From Desulfosoma sp. (GTDB taxonomy: Bacteria > Desulfobacterota > Syntrophobacteria > Syntrophobacterales > DSM-9756), in NCBI GenBank assembly GCA_037481835.1, contig JBBFKW010000006.1, forward strand, positions 128,001 to 192,000: DNA of 64,000 bases. The letters run 5' to 3'. A program made the position numbers and the translations under genes. This document shows positions 9,635 to 17,203 of the stretch, piece by piece. The notes below the pieces were generated by a model that was not told the DNA's origin, made no database searches, and saw only the letters and a program-made list of their open reading frames with translations. The first letter of the stretch is position 1. The number at the start of each line of letters is the position of its first letter.

Positions 9635-10668
9635 GGCGCCTCCTTTCGAAAATGATCCCAGGCATGATGGGGCCCTCCGACGGCCCTTCCGTCCGGGCGG
9701 ACGCACCGGATGCCCTCTTCCCGAGGCACGATGCGCCCGATGACCCGGCACGGCGTTGCTCGAGCCTCCTCGAGAGCCTGGGTGATGTCCGGAAACCCGC
9801 CGGGATCGACCGCTGCAAGGAGTTCGTAATCTTCTCCCCCGTACAAGGCCCATTCCAGGGGATCCCGACGGACGGCCCTCGCCACGGCGTCGCAGGCCGG
9901 ATCCACCGGCACGGCGTCGGCGTACAGCACGGCCCCGACGCCGCTCGCCCGGCACAGGTGGCCGAGATCGCCCATGAGCCCGTCACTTAGATCGATCATG
10001 GCGTGGACCCGTCCCGAGGCGGCAAGGAGCCGCCCTTCGGCAAGGCGGGGTTCGGGCGCCCAATGCTTCTGGACGGCGGCCGCCCGGATCGGCTCGTCCA
10101 CCCCTGAAAGATCCCCCTTCAGACATTCCAGGCCCGCTCGGGATGCGCCCAGGGTGCCGGTGACGACGATGAGGTCCCCCGGGCGGGCACCACTTCGCAG
10201 GATCACTTTTTCGGGATCCACGTCCCCGAGGAGCGTCACATCGATGACGAGGCGTTCCGGATGCCGGGCCGTGTTGCCGCCCACCAACGCAGCCCCGAAA
10301 CGCTCCAAAGTGTCGCCGAAGCCCTGGTAGATTTCTTCCACCAGAGAGATCGGCGTGCTTTCGGGAACCATGAGCGACACCAAGGCCCACAAGGGGGTTC
10401 CGCCCATGGCCGCCATATCGCTCAGGTTTACCGCGGCGGCGCGCCGCCCCAGAAGATTCCCCGGAACGGCAGGCAGGCTGAAGTGGACGCCCTCAATCTG
10501 GCAGTCGCAGGTGGCCAGAAGAAGGCGGCCGGCTGAAGTGCGAAGGACGGCCACGTCGTCGCCCATCCCGACGACAACCGAAGGCGCACTGTGGGGAAAA
10601 AGACTCCTGATGCGGTCGATGAGGCCGAATTCGCCGAGTTCTTGGACGGTCGGGGACACGGGATTCAT
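9631..10668 (-). CDS. thiL: Thiamine-monophosphate kinase
   Basis: GEFGLI, GDDVAV, NLSDMAAMGG, DLSDGL, GGEDYEL; start uncertain (10668 or 10701). Confidence 0.92.
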   Translation of the reverse strand: MNPVSPTVQELGEFGLIDRIRSLFPHSAPSVVVGMGDDVAVLRTSAGRLLLATCDCQIEGVHFSLPAVPGNLLGRRAAAVNLSDMAAMGGTPLWALVSLMVPESTPISLVEEIYQGFGDTLERFGAALVGGNTARHPERLVIDVTLLGDVDPEKVILRSGARPGDLIVVTGTLGASRAGLECLKGDLSGVDEPIRAAAVQKHWAPEPRLAEGRLLAASGRVHAMIDLSDGLMGDLGHLCRASGVGAVLYADAVPVDPACDAVARAVRRDPLEWALYGGEDYELLAAVDPGGFPDITQALEEARATPCRVIGRIVPREEGIRCVRPDGRAVGGPHHAWDHFRKEAP

Positions 10669-10697
10669 GGCGGGTCCATGGGGTCTTTCGCAGGGGA

Positions 10698-11366
10698 TCA
10701 TGGGCGGTTCGAAAGGGGGGTGAGGCGTGCCTCATTGATCAGGCGCCGCAGAGTTCGGGCGGCATCTTCGGGGTCGTCCCGCCCCAAGACGGCCGAGACG
10801 ACGCACACGCCCTTAACGCCCGTGCGGATGACATCGGCGATATTGTCGGCGTTGATGCCGCCGATGGCCACGGCGGGGCACGTGACGCCTTCCATGAGCC
10901 TTTTGAGCCCTTCCACGCCCATGGGGGGCTGATGGTCGGGCTTGGTCGGCGTCGCGAAAACCGGCGCCAACGAAATGTAATCGGCCCCGCCACGCTCGGC
11001 TTCCTCGATTTCCCTTCGGTTATGGACCGTAACGCCGATGAGGCGATTCGGGCCGAGAAGGCGCCGGGCCACATGCAGGGGCATGTCGTCCTGACCCAGA
11101 TGCACCCCGTCGGCGTCCACGGCCAGAGCCACATCGATCCGGTCGTTGACGATGAAGACGGCGCCGTAACGCCGGCACAGGGCCGCCAACGCGGCGGCTT
11201 CTTCCACCATGCGCCGTGTGGACTTCTTTTTTTCCCGGTACTGAACGACGCCGGCACCTCCCCGCAGCGCCGCTTCCACCACTTCGGGTAAGGGTCGATC
11301 CCCGATGACGGCGGCGTCGGTGATCACGTAAAGAGACCAGTCCCCATGAATCGGCCGACGTTCCAT
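10698..11366 (-). CDS. thiE: Thiamine-phosphate synthase
   Basis: LYVIT, VQYREK, IVNDRIDVA, GVHLGQDD, TPTK, AIGGI. Confidence 0.93.
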   Translation of the reverse strand: MERRPIHGDWSLYVITDAAVIGDRPLPEVVEAALRGGAGVVQYREKKKSTRRMVEEAAALAALCRRYGAVFIVNDRIDVALAVDADGVHLGQDDMPLHVARRLLGPNRLIGVTVHNRREIEEAERGGADYISLAPVFATPTKPDHQPPMGVEGLKRLMEGVTCPAVAIGGINADNIADVIRTGVKGVCVVSAVLGRDDPEDAARTLRRLINEARLTPLSNRP

Positions 11367-11377
11367 GAACGGCTCCC

Positions 11378-11415
11378 CCCTCACCCTGCCCTCCCCCCCG
11401 CAAAGGAGGAGGGGG
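11378..11415. repeat. Degenerate CCCTCACC..CCCTCTCCC/GGGAGAGGG palindromic element (same family as the comEC insertion)
   Basis: CCCTCACCCTGCCCTCCCCCCCGCAAAGGAGGAGGGG resembles CCCTCACCCCAACCCTCTCCCTCAAGGGAGAGGG in comEC. Confidence 0.5.
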
Positions 11416-11514
11416 CGTCCCGGGAGCCCCCCATAGACGAGAAAGCGTCCCGATTTCCCATCTTCATCCCTAGGGCCGGCAACGGCGGAAAGGCGACTCC
11501 CACCGGGTCCGGGA

Positions 11515-12684
11515 TCATGCGATTTTTCGGGCGTAATCCTGGTCGATGCGAAGCCCTTCGATGTCCGTCGTCTTTTCGCCGCGGGCCGCCTTGATGCGGT
11601 CTACGCCCCGTTTGACTTCCGCCCGGTTGGACGCATACCCCAGGGCCGTCTCTTCGGTAATGAGGCCCTTTTCGTACAACGACACGATGGAATCGTCAAA
11701 CGTTGTCCAGCCGAAGGGGCGCGACTGCTGCATCATTTCGTAAAAGGTCTTGCCTTCGCTTTCCCCGTGGATGATGGATTCGCGCACCCGCAGGTTGTTC
11801 CCCATGATTTCGAAGGCCGCCACGCGCCCTCCGCCCACCTTGGGAAGGAGCCTTTGGCTCACCGTCCAGCGCATGGCGTCGGCCAACCGGATGCGGATCA
11901 GCCGTTCTTCTTCCAACTCGAACATGCCCACGATCCGGTTCACCGTATGGGACGCATCGATGGTGTGCAAAGTGGTCAGGACCAAGTGCCCCGTTTCGGC
12001 GGCGCTCAACCCGATTTCCACCGTTTCCCGGTCGCGCATTTCGCCCACGAGGATCACTTTGGGCGCCTGGCGCAACGCCGCCCGCAATCCGTTGGCGAAG
12101 GTGTCGAAGTCCTGGCCCAGCTCCCTCTGGTTGAAGGTGGCCTTGAGCTGCGGATGGACGAATTCCACGGGGTCTTCCAGCGTGACCACGTGCACCGATT
12201 TGGACCGGTTGATTTCGTTGAGCATGGCCGCAAGGCTGGTCGTCTTACCGCTTCCCGTGGCGCCCGTGACGAAAACGATGCCGTTGCGTTCTTCGGCGAT
12301 CCGCTTGAACACCTCCGGCAGTCCCAGCTCCTCGATGCTCAGAACCCGCGTGGGCAGCACGCGCATGACCACCGAATAGCAGCCGCGCTGGGAAAAGACG
12401 TTCACGCGGAACCGGGCGCGGGCGTCCAAGGCGTACGAGAGGTCGCAGGAGCCCGTATCCAGCAGGTTTCGGATGAGGCGCCGGTCCGGGCCGATGAGCC
12501 CCAAGGCGATGTGTTCCGTATGGTACGGGCTGAGGACGCCCAGGCCCAGGTCGGCGCACGCCGGCCTCAGGACCCCGTCCACCTCTGCCTGGACCGGTTT
12601 TCCCACCGTGAAGTTGATGTCCGACAGCGTGGGGTGTTCGTCCAGGAGCCGATGCAGGATTCTGTTCAAGTCTTGGCGCTTCAT
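11515..12684 (-). CDS. PilT/PilU-family type IV pilus retraction ATPase
   Basis: GATGSGKT, TLEDPVE, ALRQAP.VILVGEMRD, TGHLVLTTLHT; tandem with pilT. Confidence 0.92.
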   Translation of the reverse strand: MKRQDLNRILHRLLDEHPTLSDINFTVGKPVQAEVDGVLRPACADLGLGVLSPYHTEHIALGLIGPDRRLIRNLLDTGSCDLSYALDARARFRVNVFSQRGCYSVVMRVLPTRVLSIEELGLPEVFKRIAEERNGIVFVTGATGSGKTTSLAAMLNEINRSKSVHVVTLEDPVEFVHPQLKATFNQRELGQDFDTFANGLRAALRQAPKVILVGEMRDRETVEIGLSAAETGHLVLTTLHTIDASHTVNRIVGMFELEEERLIRIRLADAMRWTVSQRLLPKVGGGRVAAFEIMGNNLRVRESIIHGESEGKTFYEMMQQSRPFGWTTFDDSIVSLYEKGLITEETALGYASNRAEVKRGVDRIKAARGEKTTDIEGLRIDQDYARKIA

Positions 12685-12736
12685 GAGGGGATGCTCCCTT
12701 GTTTTCCGCGTTCCTGCCCGTTGGGTGGCGCTTGCG

Positions 12737-13819
12737 TCACACTTCCGTGAAATCGGTCGGCGGTTCGGTGAGGAACTGCTTGAATTTTTCTTTCTCCACG
12801 CACTTCATGTAGGCTTCGTTGGGACTGATGCGCCCGGCCCGCAGGTGCTCCATGATCCCATCGTCCAGGGTTTGCATACCGTATTTCTTTCCAGTCTGGA
12901 TGGCCGACGGGATCTGGTGGGTCTTGCCTTCGCGGATGAGGGCTCGCACGGCGTGGGTGGCGATGAGGATTTCCAGCACGGCGATCCGGCCCTTGACGTC
13001 CACGCGCTTGAACAGGGCCTGGGACACCACGGCCCGCAGGCCGTCGGCCAGGGTGGATCGGATCTGGGCCTGTTCCCCAGTGGGAAAGACTTCGATGATG
13101 CGGTCCACGGTCTTGGCGGCGCTGGTGGTGTGCAGGGTGGAAAAAACCAGGTGCCCTGTGGCGGCCGCTTCGATGGCGAGGCGCATGGTTTCCAGGTCGC
13201 GCATTTCGCCCACCAGGATGATGTCCGGGTCTTCGCGCAGCGCCGCGCGAAGGGCGCTTGAGAAGGTGCGGGTGTGAGTCCCCACTTCCCGGTGGTTGAT
13301 GACGCAGTTCTTGCTCTTGTGGACGAACTCGATGGGATCTTCGATGGTGATGATGTGGTCTTTGCGCTTGCGGTTCGCTTCGTCGATGATGGCCGCCAGG
13401 GTCGTGGACTTGCCGCTTCCCGTGGGGCCGGTCACAAGCACCAGGCCTCGGGGCAGGAGGGCCAAGCGGGAAATGACGGGCGGCAGGCCCAGCTGCTGCA
13501 CGGTGAGGATTTCTTCCGGGATTTCGCGAAAGACGGCGCCGATGCCGTTCTTTTGCATGAAATAATTGGCCCGGTAACGACTCAGCCCGGGAATTTCATA
13601 GGAAAAGTCCAAGTCCCCCGTTTCTTCGAAGACCTTGATCTTCTCTTCCGGGGTGATTTCATAGAGCATGGTGCGCAGTTCGTCGTCGTCCAAAACCTTG
13701 TACTTGACCCGTTCCAGTTCGCCGCGGATGCGCAGCACGGGCTGCTGGCCGGAAACCAGGTGAAGGTCGGACGCCTTCTGTTCGTGCATGAGCCTGAAAA
13801 ACGCATCGATTCTCGCCAT
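12737..13819 (-). CDS. pilT: Type IV pilus twitching motility ATPase
   Basis: GPTGSGKST, ITIEDPIE, ALREDPD, GHLVFSTLHT, AVRALIRE. Confidence 0.93.
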   Translation of the reverse strand: MARIDAFFRLMHEQKASDLHLVSGQQPVLRIRGELERVKYKVLDDDELRTMLYEITPEEKIKVFEETGDLDFSYEIPGLSRYRANYFMQKNGIGAVFREIPEEILTVQQLGLPPVISRLALLPRGLVLVTGPTGSGKSTTLAAIIDEANRKRKDHIITIEDPIEFVHKSKNCVINHREVGTHTRTFSSALRAALREDPDIILVGEMRDLETMRLAIEAAATGHLVFSTLHTTSAAKTVDRIIEVFPTGEQAQIRSTLADGLRAVVSQALFKRVDVKGRIAVLEILIATHAVRALIREGKTHQIPSAIQTGKKYGMQTLDDGIMEHLRAGRISPNEAYMKCVEKEKFKQFLTEPPTDFTEV

Positions 13820-13840
13820 GGAAACCCTCCGGGTCGCCCG

Positions 13841-14485
13841 TCAGACGCTGTAAAAAACCTCGTCGGGAAGACACACGCACGTGAGCTTATTGCCGTAGAC
13901 GGCTCCCGTGTCGATCCCGATTTTTCGCCTGTCCACGAAGGGTTTCAAAAACGGCGTATGGCCGAAGACAACCTTCTTGCCGAAGTCATAATCGGAGGCG
14001 ATGAATTCGTCTCGAATCCAGTAGACGTCTTCGTCCACCTGGTCGGCGACGGGGACGCCCGGGCGAAACCCTGCGTGGACAAACAAGTAATCGTCCGTTT
14101 CGTAGAACTTCTTGAGTCCACGCAGGAAATTTTTGTGGGTGTCGGGGACGACGCACCGGCCGTCTTCATGGCCCACCGAGTAGCTGTGCACCGTGCTGGC
14201 CCCGCCGTTGATGAGGAAAAACGCCACGTCTTGGTCTTTCAGATAGTTTTCCATCATGACTTCGTGGTTGCCTCGAAGGCACACCACGTCGAGGCCCCGG
14301 GTGATGAGCTGGAGGATGCGGTGGATGACGCCGCGGGAATCGGGACCTCGGTCCACGTAATCCCCCAAGAAGACGAGCCGGTCCCGATCTTCACGAAACG
14401 GAATTCGGTCCAGGAGCCGTTCCAGCTTGGACAGCATCCCGTGGATGTCTCCGACAGCGTAGACTTTGCACCCGTTGTCGCTCAT
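13841..14485 (-). CDS. Metallophosphoesterase (Ser/Thr protein phosphatase family)
   Basis: GDIHG, GDYVDRG, RGNHE, FVHAG, FGHT, IDTGA. Confidence 0.92.
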   Translation of the reverse strand: MSDNGCKVYAVGDIHGMLSKLERLLDRIPFREDRDRLVFLGDYVDRGPDSRGVIHRILQLITRGLDVVCLRGNHEVMMENYLKDQDVAFFLINGGASTVHSYSVGHEDGRCVVPDTHKNFLRGLKKFYETDDYLFVHAGFRPGVPVADQVDEDVYWIRDEFIASDYDFGKKVVFGHTPFLKPFVDRRKIGIDTGAVYGNKLTCVCLPDEVFYSV

Positions 14486-14495
14486 GGGATCAGAG

Positions 14496-15422
14496 TCACC
14501 ACACGATGAAGCGGCGGGTTCTTCGGTCCAGGCGGCTCAGCCCCGCCCGTCGGGCGGCGGCCACGGCGTTTTCGTATTCCTCGGTCGTGATCCGACGGCG
14601 CAACGCCGGCACTTCCATGGCCCTCCCGCACGGCCGATACTGGTTCATGATGTTGATATACGTGTCGGGAGAGACGTGGCGGGCGATGAAGGCGCACACT
14701 TCCTCGGTCCCCGCGAGGTTTTCCGGCATGACCAGATGGCGCACGAGGAGCCCCCGAAGGGCGATCCCCGAAGGGTCCAGGGTGAGGTCCCCGACCTGGC
14801 GGTGCATTTCCAGGAGTGCTTCCCGGGCCCGCCGGGGGCAATCCGGGGCCCCGCACAGCATGTCGGCCACTTGAGGGTCCCAGAACTTGAAGTCGGGCAT
14901 GTAGATGTCCACGATCCCCTCCAGCAGCCTCAGGGTCGGCACCCTCTCGTAGCCGCCGCAGTTGTAGACCAGAGGGACCTCGAGGCCGTGTTCCACGGCC
15001 AGGGGCAGAGCTTCAAGGATCTGGGGAACGACGTGGGTCGGGGTCACGAAGTTGATATTGTGGCAGCCTCGGTTTTGCAGCTCCACCATGACCCCGGCAA
15101 GCTGCTCGGGCGATGCGGGCACGCCGTGGCCTTCGTGGCTGATATCGTAATTTTGACAGAAAAGGCACAGCAGGTTGCAGTGGGTGAAAAAGATGGTCCC
15201 CGAACCGTTTCGCCCCACAAGGGGGTCTTCTTCGCCGAAATGGGGGCCGTAGCTGGAAACAACGGCGTAGCGGCCCGTGCGGCACACGCCCTTTTCGTCG
15301 GCAAGGCGGTTCACACGGCACAGGCGCGGACAGAGGGAGCATTTCTTGAGCTGGCGCAAGGCGGTTTCGATCTTGCGCCGCAATCGCCCGCTGCGATAAG
15401 CTTCCACATACGCCGCGGCCAT
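14496..15422 (-). CDS. Radical SAM protein, PflX-like
   Basis: CSLCPRLC, HFGEE, CNLLCLFCQN (CxxxCxxC), YMPDFK, VRHLVMP. Confidence 0.9.
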   Translation of the reverse strand: MAAAYVEAYRSGRLRRKIETALRQLKKCSLCPRLCRVNRLADEKGVCRTGRYAVVSSYGPHFGEEDPLVGRNGSGTIFFTHCNLLCLFCQNYDISHEGHGVPASPEQLAGVMVELQNRGCHNINFVTPTHVVPQILEALPLAVEHGLEVPLVYNCGGYERVPTLRLLEGIVDIYMPDFKFWDPQVADMLCGAPDCPRRAREALLEMHRQVGDLTLDPSGIALRGLLVRHLVMPENLAGTEEVCAFIARHVSPDTYINIMNQYRPCGRAMEVPALRRRITTEEYENAVAAARRAGLSRLDRRTRRFIVW

Positions 15423-15437
15423 GGGGCGCCCCCTTCT

Positions 15438-16067
15438 TCATTCCTTGTTGAGGATGACAACTCGGACGACGCCTTCCAATGCCTTTTGAAAACGCCGAGC
15501 GTCGTCCGCGCTTCCCACGATGGCTCCATAGTGCATGGGAATGGCCACCTTGGGGGCGATGGCCTTGGCCGCTTCCACGGCTTCCGCGGCATCCATGACA
15601 TAGGTGCCGGAGACGGGCAAGAAGGCCACATCCACCTGGAGGTCCTTCATCTCCGGGATGAAGTCCGTATCGCCGGCATGGTAATAGGTCACCCCGTCCA
15701 GGGTGACCACGAAGGCGAGCATGCCGGCACCCTTGGGGTGAAACTTCTTGTTCACGTTGTAGGCGGGAACCACCTGGACCACGACCCCGTCGATTTCCAC
15801 GCGGTCGCCGGGTTTGACCACCCTCACGTCGCCCGAAAGTTTTTTGGCCGAAGCCGAATCGGTGACGATGACCGTTCCGGCCTTTTGGATTTTGGCCACG
15901 TCAGTTGGCGAACAGTGATCGAAATGTTCATGGCTGATGAAGATGACATCCGCCGGAGGGCCGCCTGAAATCTCGTAAGGGTCGAAATAGATGATTTTCG
16001 TGCCGTCCACGCGAAAGGCGTCGTGGCCGAGCCAGTGGATCTTTTCCAAGGCTTGATCCAGATTCAT
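15438..16067 (-). CDS. Metallo-beta-lactamase-fold hydrolase
   Basis: WLGH, SHEHFDH, HAGDT, PMHYG. Confidence 0.9.
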   Translation of the reverse strand: MNLDQALEKIHWLGHDAFRVDGTKIIYFDPYEISGGPPADVIFISHEHFDHCSPTDVAKIQKAGTVIVTDSASAKKLSGDVRVVKPGDRVEIDGVVVQVVPAYNVNKKFHPKGAGMLAFVVTLDGVTYYHAGDTDFIPEMKDLQVDVAFLPVSGTYVMDAAEAVEAAKAIAPKVAIPMHYGAIVGSADDARRFQKALEGVVRVVILNKE

Positions 16068-16285
16068 GGAACCCTCCTCTCCCCCGTGTGCTCCAGCATC
16101 TGCTCCCAGGCGTATAGACCGGGCGCGTCCTCTGACCTACCCGACACGTAACCGGCTCCTTCGACCCATGTCAATGCCGAGATGCGGGCCGCTTGCCTCC
16201 ACGAGCCCTTTCGAGTAGCATGAAGGCAAATTTCGGGCGGATCGATCCCCCGAAAACGACGGAAACGACCAAGGGCCCTAAAATC

Positions 16286-17170
16286 ATGACGATCAGTGTC
16301 AGCCTCGTTCGAAAATTGGACCGGATGCCGCCGGACCTCAGAGACATCCTGTTGGCCGTTATCGAGGAAATGGCCCAATACCGCCAGGCCGCGGTGTCCA
16401 AGGAAGAATTCGGCGAATTGAAGGGTATCGTGGCCGATCTGGCCTCGGCCGTCCGGGATTTGGCCGAGGCCCAGAAGCGCACGGAACAGCGCGTCAACGA
16501 ACTCGCCGAAGCTCAAAAACGCACTGAGGAAAGGCTTAATGAGCTCGCCGAGGCCCAGAAACGCACTGAAGAGCGCCTCAATGAACTGGCCGAGGCTCAA
16601 AAACGCACCGAGGAAAGGCTTAATGAGCTCGCCGAGGCCCAGAAGCGTACCGAACAGCGCGTCAACGAACTCGCCGAAGCTCAAAAACGCACTGAAGAGC
16701 GCCTCAACGAGCTGGCCGAGGCTCAAAAGCGCACCGAGGCGGAAGTGGAATCTCTCGCCCGAGCCGTCAAGGGCACCCGGGAACAGGTGGGCGGTCTGTC
16801 CCGAAGTATGGCCTACGCCCTTGAAAACGAAGCCTATCGCAAATTACCGGCCTACCTCAGCAAGGTGCATGGCATTCGAATCGTGGAAAGCATGATCCGA
16901 ACGGAGCTGGCCGACGAGGAAGTGAACTTCTGGGCGAAAGCCGTCAAGGACGGCAAGGACGTGCGGCTTGTGGGCGAGTCCGTGCTCCGGCTGGACGACC
17001 CGTCAAAGCTCAAGGCCTTGCACCGGAAAGTTCAGAAAATCAGCCACCTTCTTGGAGCGGACCTCGTCCCCATTCTGGTCACCCATTACGCCAAGCCCAA
17101 AGTGCTGCAGCAGGCGACCGAAAGCGGGATTCTCGTCGTGCAAAGCTACGAGTGGGACCAGAACCTTTAA
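16286..17170 (+). CDS. Coiled-coil repeat protein with C-terminal PD-(D/E)XK-like domain (putative)
   Basis: About 7 copies of LAEAQKRTEERLNE, then a globular domain (ENEAY...EEVNF...VGES); domain call by resemblance only. Confidence 0.65.
   Translation: MTISVSLVRKLDRMPPDLRDILLAVIEEMAQYRQAAVSKEEFGELKGIVADLASAVRDLAEAQKRTEQRVNELAEAQKRTEERLNELAEAQKRTEERLNELAEAQKRTEERLNELAEAQKRTEQRVNELAEAQKRTEERLNELAEAQKRTEAEVESLARAVKGTREQVGGLSRSMAYALENEAYRKLPAYLSKVHGIRIVESMIRTELADEEVNFWAKAVKDGKDVRLVGESVLRLDDPSKLKALHRKVQKISHLLGADLVPILVTHYAKPKVLQQATESGILVVQSYEWDQNL
16460..16740 (+). repeat. 42-bp coding tandem repeat (about 7 units)
   Basis: Units of CTCGCCGAGGCCCAGAAGCGCAC.GA...AACGAA with synonymous variation. 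Confidence 0.9.
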
Positions 17171-17203
17171 TATGCCCTGCATGAATCCGCCGGCCGCGCT
17201 GCC

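Noticed and set aside
11367..11514. TPP riboswitch upstream of thiE-thiL-thiD
   Set aside because: No recognisable TPP aptamer core motifs in this short gap
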